Part shown: positions 9,671-17,724 of the stretch, in pieces | Layout of the letters: the number at the start of each line of letters is the position of its first letter | Position numbering within the stretch: position 1 is the first letter of the stretch | Assembly (NCBI RefSeq): GCF_003367075.2 | Contig: NZ_CP065936.1 | Location: 2,070,001 to 2,102,000 of the forward strand | Source of the DNA: Cylindrospermopsis raciborskii Cr2010 | Lineage (GTDB): Bacteria > Cyanobacteriota > Cyanobacteriia > Cyanobacteriales > Nostocaceae | DNA: 32,000 nucleotides | Reading direction: 5' to 3' | The notes under the pieces: generated by a model | The model's input: the letters and a program-made list of their open reading frames with translations, nothing else | Database searches by the model: none | What the model was told of the DNA's origin: nothing | Translations under genes and position numbers: made by a program

Positions 9671-11212
9671 ATGCCTAAACAATTTAACACTGCTGGACCT
9701 TGTCAATCTGATATCCACTATATGCTCTCTCCCACAGGGCGACTACCTCAGTTAAAAGCGTTAATTGATGGACGCAATTACTTTATCATTCATGCACCGC
9801 GACAAGTGGGCAAAACCACTGCTATGATAGCTTTAGCCCAAGAATTAACTGATAGTGGGGAGTATACAGCAGTGATGCTCTCCGTGGAAGTGGGGTCGGT
9901 TTTTCCTGATGAACCAGAACGTGCTGAAAGAGCCATTTTGGGTTCTTGGCAAGATGCAATTGATATTTGGCTTCCGCAAGACCTCCATCCCCCTTTTGAC
10001 CCAGAGCGTAGGGAGAATATTGGTGCTTTCCTGAAAAGTTGGGCAAAAAGCTCTCCTCGTCCCCTAGTGGTGTTCATTGATGAAATTGACTCGTTGCAAA
10101 ATCAAACGTTGATTTCAGTATTGCGACAGTTACGGGATGGTTTTCCCCGTCGTCCCCAGGGTTTTCCCCATTCGGTGGGCTTAATTGGCATGCGGGATGT
10201 GCGGGACTACAAGGTTAAATCTGGTGGAAGTGAACGACTCAATACGTCTAGTCCGTTTAATATCAAGGCTGAGTCCCTAACTTTGAGTAATTTTAGTTTT
10301 ACAGATATTCAAAATTTATATGAACAACATACAACAGCTACGGGACAGGTGTTTACCCTGGGAGCAGTTCAACAGGCATATTATTTAACTGATGGACAAC
10401 CATGGTTAGTTAACGCCCTAGCTCGTCAAGCTACCCAGGTATTAGTCCAGGATGTGAATCAACCCATTACTGCTGAGATGATTAACCAAGCCAAAGAAAT
10501 CCTCATTCAACGCCAGGATACCCATTTAGATAGCTTAGCAGAGCGATTACGGGAAGAGCGGGTTAAGACCATTATTGAACCAATTTTAGCAGGTGAGGAC
10601 TTACCCGACGTACCACCGGATGATATTCGTTACGTGCTGGATTTAGGTCTGTGTCGAGATCAAGGACAAGGACTGGAAATTGCCAATCCAATTTATAAAG
10701 AAGTTCTACCTTTAGTGCTAAGTTATACAACTAGGGTTTCTATTGGAGCAATTGAACCTCTGTGGCTAAATGAACAAGGGGAACTATTACCTGATAAATT
10801 ATTACATGCTTTTCTGGAGTTTTGGCGACAACACGGAGAACCATTGCTCAAAAGTGCGCCCTACCATGAGATTGCTCCCCATTTAGTTTTGATGGCATTT
10901 TTACACCGGGTGGTAAATGGTGGTGGTACGTTAGAACGGGAATATGCCATTGGTTCTGGGAGAATGGATATTTGTTTACGCTATGGCAAGGTGGTGATGG
11001 GTATGGAACTCAAGCTGTGGCGTGAAAGAAAGTCGGATCCTTTAATTAAGGGTTTAACCCAACTGGATAAATATCTAGATGGGTTAGGATTAGATACGGG
11101 TTGGTTAGTGATTTTCGATCGCCGTCCTGGTTTACCACCCATGGGAGAGAGGATTAGTACGGAGAAGGTTATTAGTCCTAGGGGACGCACCATTACCCTC
11201 ATTCGTAGTTAG
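9671..11212 (+). CDS. P-loop NTPase / PD-(D/E)XK nuclease fusion protein, array copy 4 (modules Q-B-X)
   Basis: Same scaffold. V1 is form B ('LSVEVGSVFPDEPERAERAILGSWQDAIDIWLPQDLHPPFDPERRENIGAFLKSWAKSSPRP'), which is 4 codons shorter than form A. Confidence 0.8.
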   Translation: MPKQFNTAGPCQSDIHYMLSPTGRLPQLKALIDGRNYFIIHAPRQVGKTTAMIALAQELTDSGEYTAVMLSVEVGSVFPDEPERAERAILGSWQDAIDIWLPQDLHPPFDPERRENIGAFLKSWAKSSPRPLVVFIDEIDSLQNQTLISVLRQLRDGFPRRPQGFPHSVGLIGMRDVRDYKVKSGGSERLNTSSPFNIKAESLTLSNFSFTDIQNLYEQHTTATGQVFTLGAVQQAYYLTDGQPWLVNALARQATQVLVQDVNQPITAEMINQAKEILIQRQDTHLDSLAERLREERVKTIIEPILAGEDLPDVPPDDIRYVLDLGLCRDQGQGLEIANPIYKEVLPLVLSYTTRVSIGAIEPLWLNEQGELLPDKLLHAFLEFWRQHGEPLLKSAPYHEIAPHLVLMAFLHRVVNGGGTLEREYAIGSGRMDICLRYGKVVMGMELKLWRERKSDPLIKGLTQLDKYLDGLGLDTGWLVIFDRRPGLPPMGERISTEKVISPRGRTITLIRS

Positions 11213-11275
11213 AAAAATGCGATCGCTAAGTAAAACGTACTTTATTATTTTGATGATTATAAATTATACTTTATC

Positions 11276-12832
11276 ATGGCTAAACAATTTAACACTGCTG
11301 GTCCGTGCAAAGCCAACATTCACTATATGCTTTCTCCCACAGGGCGACTACCTCAGTTGAAAGCATTAATTGATGGAGAAAATTACTTTATCATTCATGC
11401 ACCGCGACAAGTAGGCAAAACCACTGCTATGATGGCCCTAGCTCAAGAATTAACTGACAGTGGGCAATACCTAGCTGTGATGTTAACCGTAGAAACCGGT
11501 GCGCCATTTCCAGATGCACCAGAACAAGCGCAACAAAGTATCCTCAGACGTTGGCAGAATGAAATTCGGTTCCGAAAATTACCCTTGCCCACTTTAACCC
11601 AGATTCAAAGGGAGACCGAGACTTCTCCCCTAGATATTCAAACAGTCCTACAAGGGTGGGCCATGGCTTCCCCCCTACCCTTAGTTGTCTTTCTGGATGA
11701 AATTGATTCCTTAGAGGATCAAACCCTCATATCCATCCTTAGACAGTTGCGAGCGGGTTATCCCAATCGTCCCCAGGGTTTCCCCCATTCGGTGGGCTTA
11801 ATTGGGATGCGGGACGTGCGGGACTACAAGGTTAAATCTGGTGGAAGTGAACGACTCAATACGTCTAGTCCGTTTAATATCAAGGCTGAATCCCTAACTT
11901 TAAGTAATTTTAGTTTTACAGATGTCCAAAATCTATATGAACAACATACAACAGCTACGGGACAGGTGTTTACCCCGGAAGCAGTTCAACAGGCATATTA
12001 TTTAACCGATGGACAACCATGGCTAGTTAACGCCCTAGCTCGTCAAGCTACCCAGGTGTTAGTCCAGGATGTGAATGAACCCATTACTGCTGAGGTGATT
12101 AACCAAGCCAAAGAAATCCTCATTCAGCGTCAGGATACCCATTTGGATAGTTTAGCAGAAAGATTACGGGAAGAGCGGGTCAAAGCTATTATTGAACCAA
12201 TTTTAGCAGGTGAGGACTTACCAGATACCCCAGAGGATGATCGCCGGTTTTTGCTAGATTTAGGCTTAGTTAAGCGTAGTCCTTTGGGTGGACTAACCAT
12301 TGCCAATCCCATTTACCAGGAGGTGATCCCTCGTGTTTTATCCCAGGGTAGTCAGGACAGTTTACCTCAAATTCAACCCACTTGGTTAAATACTGACAAT
12401 AGTTTAAATCCCCAAGCTCTATTAAATGCTTTTCTGGAATTTTGGCGACAACATGGGGAACCATTACTCAGAAGTGCGCCCTACCATGAGATTGCTCCCC
12501 ATTTGGTATTAATGGCATTTTTACACCGGGTGGTAAATGGTGGTGGTACATTAGAACGGGAATATGCCATTGGTTCTGGGAGAATGGATATTTGTTTACG
12601 ATATGGCAAGGTGGTGATGGGTATGGAACTCAAGGTGTGGCGTGAAAGAAAGTCAGATCCGTTAATCAAGGGTTTGACCCAACTGGATAAATATCTAGAT
12701 GGGTTAGGATTAGATACGGGTTGGTTAGTGATTTTCGATCGCCGTCCTGGTTTACCACCCATGGGAGAGAGGATTAGTACGGAGAAGGTTATTAGTCCTA
12801 GGGGACGCACCATTACCCTCATTCGTAGTTAG
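11276..12832 (+). CDS. P-loop NTPase / PD-(D/E)XK nuclease fusion protein, array copy 5 (modules K-A-Z)
   Basis: Same scaffold. V2 is form Z ('TPEDDRRFLLDLGLVKRSPLGGLTIANPIYQEVIPRVLSQGSQDSLPQIQPTWLNTDNSLNPQALLNAF'). Confidence 0.8.
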   Translation: MAKQFNTAGPCKANIHYMLSPTGRLPQLKALIDGENYFIIHAPRQVGKTTAMMALAQELTDSGQYLAVMLTVETGAPFPDAPEQAQQSILRRWQNEIRFRKLPLPTLTQIQRETETSPLDIQTVLQGWAMASPLPLVVFLDEIDSLEDQTLISILRQLRAGYPNRPQGFPHSVGLIGMRDVRDYKVKSGGSERLNTSSPFNIKAESLTLSNFSFTDVQNLYEQHTTATGQVFTPEAVQQAYYLTDGQPWLVNALARQATQVLVQDVNEPITAEVINQAKEILIQRQDTHLDSLAERLREERVKAIIEPILAGEDLPDTPEDDRRFLLDLGLVKRSPLGGLTIANPIYQEVIPRVLSQGSQDSLPQIQPTWLNTDNSLNPQALLNAFLEFWRQHGEPLLRSAPYHEIAPHLVLMAFLHRVVNGGGTLEREYAIGSGRMDICLRYGKVVMGMELKVWRERKSDPLIKGLTQLDKYLDGLGLDTGWLVIFDRRPGLPPMGERISTEKVISPRGRTITLIRS

Positions 12833-12895
12833 AAAAATGCGATCGCTAAGTAAAACGTACTTTATTATTTTGATGATTATAAATTATACTTTATC

Positions 12896-14449
12896 ATGGC
12901 TAAACAATTTAACACTGCTGGTCCGTGCAAAGCCAACATTCACTATATGCTTTCTCCCACAGGGCGACTACCTCAGTTGAAAGCATTAATTGATGGAGAA
13001 AATTACTTTATCATTCATGCACCGCGACAAGTAGGCAAAACCACTGCTATGATGGCCCTAGCTCAAGAATTAACTGACAGTGGGCAATACCTAGCTGTGA
13101 TGTTAACCGTAGAAACCGGTGCGCCATTTCCAGATGCACCAGAACAAGCGCAACAAAGTATCCTCAGACGTTGGCAGAATGAAATTCGGTTCCGAAAATT
13201 ACCCTTGCCCACTTTAACCCAGATTCAAAGGGAGACCGAGACTTCTCCCCTAGATATTCAAACAGTCCTACAAGGGTGGGCCATGGCTTCCCCCCTACCC
13301 TTAGTTGTCTTTCTGGATGAAATTGATTCCTTAGAGGATCAAACCCTCATATCCATCCTTAGACAGTTGCGAGCGGGTTATCCCAATCGTCCCCAGGGTT
13401 TCCCCCATTCGGTGGGCTTAATTGGGATGCGGGACGTGCGGGACTACAAGGTTAAATCTGGTGGGAGTGAACGACTTAATACGTCTAGTCCGTTTAATAT
13501 CAAGGCTGAATCCCTAACTTTAAGTAATTTTAGTTTTACAGATGTCCAAAATCTATATGAACAACATACAACAGCTACGGGACAGGTGTTTACCCCGGAA
13601 GCAGTTCAACAGGCATATTATTTAACTGATGGACAACCATGGTTAGTTAACGCCCTAGCTCGTCAAGCTACCCAGGTGTTAGTCCAGGATGTGAATGAAC
13701 CCATTACTGCTGAAGTGATTAACCAAGCAAAAGAAATTCTCATTCAGCGTCAGGATACCCATTTGGATAGTTTAGCAGAAAGATTACGGGAAGCACGGGT
13801 TAGGGATATTATTCAACCCATGTTAGCTGGTGAAGACTTAGCTGATACAGCAGAAGATAATTTACGATATGTCCTAGACTTGGGTTTATGTCGTCGCGAT
13901 CGCGGGGGTGGACTAGAAATTGCTAACCCCATTTATCGGGAGATTTTACCTAAGACCTTAGCTGCAGTGGCGATCGCATCTCTAACTTCTGTAGAACCCA
14001 ACTGGTTAAACTCTGATGGTACTCAATCCTCAAATCCTCTTAAACTCTTTCTTGGAATTTTGGCGACAACATGGGGAACCATTACTTAAAAGTGCGCCCT
14101 ATCATGAGATTGCCCCCATTTGGTGTTAATGGCATTTTTACACCGGGTAGTAAATGGTGGTGGTACGTTAGAGCGGGAATATGCCATTGGTTCTGGGAGA
14201 ATGGATATTTGTTTACGCTATAGCAAGGTGGTGATGGGTATAGAAATTAAGATGTGGCGTGAAAGAAAGTCAGATCCTTTAATTAAGGGTTTGACCCAAC
14301 TGGATAAATACCTGGATGGGTTAGGATTAGATACAGGTTGGTTAGTGATTTTCGATCGCCGTCCTGGTTTACCACCTATGGGAGAGAGGATTAGTACGGA
14401 GGAGGTTATTAGTCCTAGGGGACGCACTATTACCCTCATTCGTAGTTAG
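12896..14449 (+). pseudogene. P-loop NTPase / PD-(D/E)XK nuclease fusion, array copy 6 (modules K-A-Y), disrupted by two compensating frameshifts
   Basis: Compared with copy 7 there is a 2-bp deletion ('actctcaatcc' becomes 'actcaatcc', about 14024) and a 1-bp deletion in a C-run (C6 becomes C5, about 14113-14117). The frame is restored after about 90 nt, but the shifted segment contains TAA at 14087-14089. This splits the gene into the track ORFs 12896-14089 and 14120-14449, which share one frame. Confidence 0.75.
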
Positions 14450-14507
14450 ATTCCCATAAATTTGAACCACATTTGAATCACAGTAGTACCTTAACTTATT
14501 GTCAATT

Positions 14508-16052
14508 ATGCCTAAACACTTTAATACTGCTGGACCTTGTCAATCTGATATCCACTATATGCTCTCTCCCACAGGGCGACTACCTCAGTTGAAAGCATTA
14601 ATTGATGGACGTAATTACTTTATCATTCATGCACCGCGACAAGTGGGCAAAACCACTGCTATGATAGCTTTAGCCCAGGAATTAACTGATAGTGGGGAGT
14701 ATACAGCAGTGATGCTCTCCGTGGAAGTGGGGTCGGTTTTTCCTGATGAACCAGAACGTGCTGAAAGGGCTATTTTGGGTTCTTGGCAAGATGCAATTGA
14801 TATTTGGCTTCCGGAAGACCTCCATCCCCCTTTTGACCCGGAGCGTAGGGAGACTATTGGTGCTTTCCTGAAAAGTTGGGCAAAAAGCTCTCCTCGTCCT
14901 CTAGTGGTCTTCATTGATGAAATTGACTCATTGCAAAATCAAACCTTGATTTCGGTATTGCGACAGTTACGGGATGGTTTTCCCCGTCGTCCTCGGGGTT
15001 TCCCCCATTCGGTGGGCTTAATTGGGATGCGGGACGTGCGGGACTACAAGGTTAAATCTGGTGGGAGTGAACGACTTAATACGTCTAGTCCGTTTAATAT
15101 CAAGGCTGAATCCCTAACTTTAAGTAATTTTAGTTTTACAGATGTCCAAAATCTATATGAACAACATACAACAGCTACGGGACAGGTGTTTACCCCGGAA
15201 GCAGTTCAACAGGCATATTATTTAACTGATGGACAACCATGGTTAGTTAACGCCCTAGCTCGTCAAGCTACCCAGGTGTTAGTCCAGGATGTGAATGAAC
15301 CCATTACTGCTGAAGTGATTAACCAAGCAAAAGAAATTCTCATTCAGCGTCAGGATACCCATTTGGATAGTTTAGCAGAAAGATTACGGGAAGCACGGGT
15401 TAGGGATATTATTCAACCCATGTTAGCTGGTGAAGACTTAGCTGATACAGCAGAAGATAATTTACGATATGTCCTAGACTTGGGTTTATGTCGTCGCGAT
15501 CGCGGGGGTGGACTAGAAATTGCTAACCCTATTTATCGGGAGATTTTACCTAAGACCTTAGCTGCAGTGGCGATCGCATCTCTAACTTCTGTAGAACCCA
15601 ACTGGTTAAACTCTGATGGTACTCTCAATCCTCAAATTCTCTTAAACTCTTTCTTGGAATTTTGGCGACAACATGGGGAACCATTACTTAAAAGTGCGCC
15701 CTATCATGAGATTGCCCCCCATTTGGTGTTAATGGCATTTTTACACCGGGTAGTAAATGGTGGTGGTACGTTAGAGCGGGAATATGCCATTGGTTCTGGG
15801 AGAATGGATATTTGTTTACGCTATAGCAAGGTGGTGATGGGTATAGAAATTAAGATGTGGCGTGAAAGAAAGTCAGATCCGCTAATTAAGGGTTTGACCC
15901 AACTGGATAAATACCTGGATGGGTTAGGATTAGATACAGGTTGGTTAGTGATTTTCGATCGCCGTCCTGGGTTACCACCTATGGGAGAGAGGATTAGTAC
16001 GGAGGAGGTTATTAGTCCTAGGGGACGCACTATTACCCTCATTCGTAGTTAG
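14508..16052 (+). CDS. P-loop NTPase / PD-(D/E)XK nuclease fusion protein, array copy 7 (modules Q-B-Y)
   Basis: Same scaffold, with the start at ATG 14508. The nuclease motif variant 'RYSKVVMGIEIKMW' still keeps the E-x-K residues. Confidence 0.8.
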   Translation: MPKHFNTAGPCQSDIHYMLSPTGRLPQLKALIDGRNYFIIHAPRQVGKTTAMIALAQELTDSGEYTAVMLSVEVGSVFPDEPERAERAILGSWQDAIDIWLPEDLHPPFDPERRETIGAFLKSWAKSSPRPLVVFIDEIDSLQNQTLISVLRQLRDGFPRRPRGFPHSVGLIGMRDVRDYKVKSGGSERLNTSSPFNIKAESLTLSNFSFTDVQNLYEQHTTATGQVFTPEAVQQAYYLTDGQPWLVNALARQATQVLVQDVNEPITAEVINQAKEILIQRQDTHLDSLAERLREARVRDIIQPMLAGEDLADTAEDNLRYVLDLGLCRRDRGGGLEIANPIYREILPKTLAAVAIASLTSVEPNWLNSDGTLNPQILLNSFLEFWRQHGEPLLKSAPYHEIAPHLVLMAFLHRVVNGGGTLEREYAIGSGRMDICLRYSKVVMGIEIKMWRERKSDPLIKGLTQLDKYLDGLGLDTGWLVIFDRRPGLPPMGERISTEEVISPRGRTITLIRS

Positions 16053-16110
16053 ATTCCCATAAATTTGAACCACATTTGAATCACAGTAGTACCTTAACTT
16101 ATTGTCAATT

Positions 16111-17646
16111 ATGCCTAAACACTTTAATACTGCTGGACCTTGTCAATCTGATATCCACTATATGCTCTCTCCCACAGGGCGACTACCTCAGTTGAAAGCA
16201 TTAATTGATGGACGTAATTACTTTATCATTCATGCACCGCGACAAGTGGGCAAAACCACTGCTATGATAGCTTTAGCCCAGGAATTAACTGATAGTGGGG
16301 AGTATACAGCAGTGATGCTCTCCGTGGAAGTGGGGTCGGTTTTTCCTGATGAACCAGAACGTGCTGAAAGGGCTATTTTGGGTTCTTGGCAAGATGCAAT
16401 TGATATTTGGCTTCCGGAAGACCTCCATCCCCCTTTTGACCCGGAGCGTAGGGACACTATTGGTGCTTTCCTGAAAAGTTGGGCAAAAAGCTCTCCTCGT
16501 CCTCTAGTGGTCTTCATTGATGAAATTGACTCATTGCAAAATCAAACCTTGATTTCGGTATTGCGACAGTTACGGGATGGTTTTCCCCGTCGTCCTCGGG
16601 GTTTCCCCCATTCGGTGGGCTTAATTGGGATGCGGGACTACAAGGTTAAATCTGGTGGAAGTGAACGACTCAATACGTCTAGTCCGTTTAATATCAAGGC
16701 TGAATCCCTAACTTTAAGTAATTTTAGTTTTACAGATGTCCAAAATCTATATGAACAACATACAACAGCTACGGGACAGGTGTTTACCCCGGAAGCAGTT
16801 CAACAGGCATATTATTTAACCGATGGACAACCATGGTTAGTTAACGCCCTAGCTCGTCAAGCTACCCAGGTGTTAGTCCAGGATGTGAATGAACCCATTA
16901 CTGCTGAGGTGATTAACCAAGCCAAAGAAATTCTCATCCAGCGTCAGGATACCCATTTGGATAGTTTAGCAGAAAGATTACGGGAAGAGCGGGTCAAAGC
17001 TATTATTGAACCAATTTTAGCAGGTGAGGACTTACCAGATACCCCAGAGGATGATCGCCGGTTTTTGCTAGATTTAGGCTTAGTTAAGCGTAGTCCTTTG
17101 GGTGGACTAACCATTGCCAATCCCATCTACCAGGAGGTGATTCCTCGTGTTTTATCCCAGGGTAGTCAGGACAGTTTACCTCAAATTCAACCCACTTGGT
17201 TAAATACTGACAATAGTTTAAATCCCCAAGCTCTATTAAATGCTTTTCTGGAATTTTGGCGACAACACGGGGAACCATTACTCAGAAGTGCGCCCTATCA
17301 TGAGATTGCTCCCCATTTGGTATTGATGGCATTTTTGCATCGGGTAGTTAATGGTGGTGGTACGTTAGAGCGGGAATATGCCATTGGTTCTGGGAGAATG
17401 GATATTTGTTTACGCTATGGCAAGGTGGTGATGGGTATGGAACTAAAGGTGTGGCGTGAAAGAAAGTCAGATCCGCTAATCAAGGGTTTGACCCAACTGG
17501 ATAAATACCTAGATGGGTTAGGATTACATACTGGTTGGTTAGTGATTTTCGATCGCCGTCCCGGATTACCACCCATGGGAGAGAGGATTAGTACGGAGGA
17601 GGTTATTAGTCCTAGTGAGCGCACCATTATCCTCATTCGTAGTTAG
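16111..17646 (+). CDS. P-loop NTPase / PD-(D/E)XK nuclease fusion protein, array copy 8 (modules Q-B-Z), with a 3-codon in-frame deletion
   Basis: Same scaffold, with the start at ATG 16111. 'GMRDVRDYKV' becomes 'GMRDYKV' through a 9-bp loss between the direct repeats GCGGGAC...GCGGGAC (about 16631). Confidence 0.75.
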   Translation: MPKHFNTAGPCQSDIHYMLSPTGRLPQLKALIDGRNYFIIHAPRQVGKTTAMIALAQELTDSGEYTAVMLSVEVGSVFPDEPERAERAILGSWQDAIDIWLPEDLHPPFDPERRDTIGAFLKSWAKSSPRPLVVFIDEIDSLQNQTLISVLRQLRDGFPRRPRGFPHSVGLIGMRDYKVKSGGSERLNTSSPFNIKAESLTLSNFSFTDVQNLYEQHTTATGQVFTPEAVQQAYYLTDGQPWLVNALARQATQVLVQDVNEPITAEVINQAKEILIQRQDTHLDSLAERLREERVKAIIEPILAGEDLPDTPEDDRRFLLDLGLVKRSPLGGLTIANPIYQEVIPRVLSQGSQDSLPQIQPTWLNTDNSLNPQALLNAFLEFWRQHGEPLLRSAPYHEIAPHLVLMAFLHRVVNGGGTLEREYAIGSGRMDICLRYGKVVMGMELKVWRERKSDPLIKGLTQLDKYLDGLGLHTGWLVIFDRRPGLPPMGERISTEEVISPSERTIILIRS

Positions 17647-17711
17647 ATTCCCATAAATTTGAACCACACCTTAAATTATTGCCGATTATGCCCAAACACT
17701 TTAACATTTAG
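17647..17711 (+). pseudogene. Truncated ninth array unit: spacer plus the first 7 codons ('MPKHFNI*')
   Basis: 17647-17687 matches the spacer that follows copy 2. The ATG at 17688 is followed by 'cccaaacactttaaca', which matches the gene 5' end. Homology then stops and a TAG follows at 17709-17711. Confidence 0.8.
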
Positions 17712-17724
17712 GGTTATTTAATTT

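Larger units (their letters stand above)
4770..17711 (+). repeat. Tandem head-to-tail array of eight ~1.6-kb gene units plus a truncated ninth
   Basis: ATG-to-ATG spacings are 1612, 1598, 1617, 1605, 1620, 1612, 1603 and 1578 nt (starts at 4844, 6456, 8054, 9671, 11276, 12896, 14508, 16111, and the stub at 17688). Long stretches are identical or nearly identical between units. Confidence 0.95.

Noticed and set aside
4770-17711. Could the periodic array be a CRISPR array, a satellite or a mobile element cluster?
   Set aside because: The period is ~1.6 kb and each unit is a full-length protein-coding gene. There are no short direct repeats with unique spacers, no terminal inverted repeats, no transposase or integrase, and no target-site duplications that I can see.
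4770-17711. A diversity-generating retroelement as the source of the variable cassettes.
   Set aside because: There is no reverse transcriptase and no template/variable repeat pair. The differences between cassette forms are wholesale replacements, not adenine-specific substitutions.
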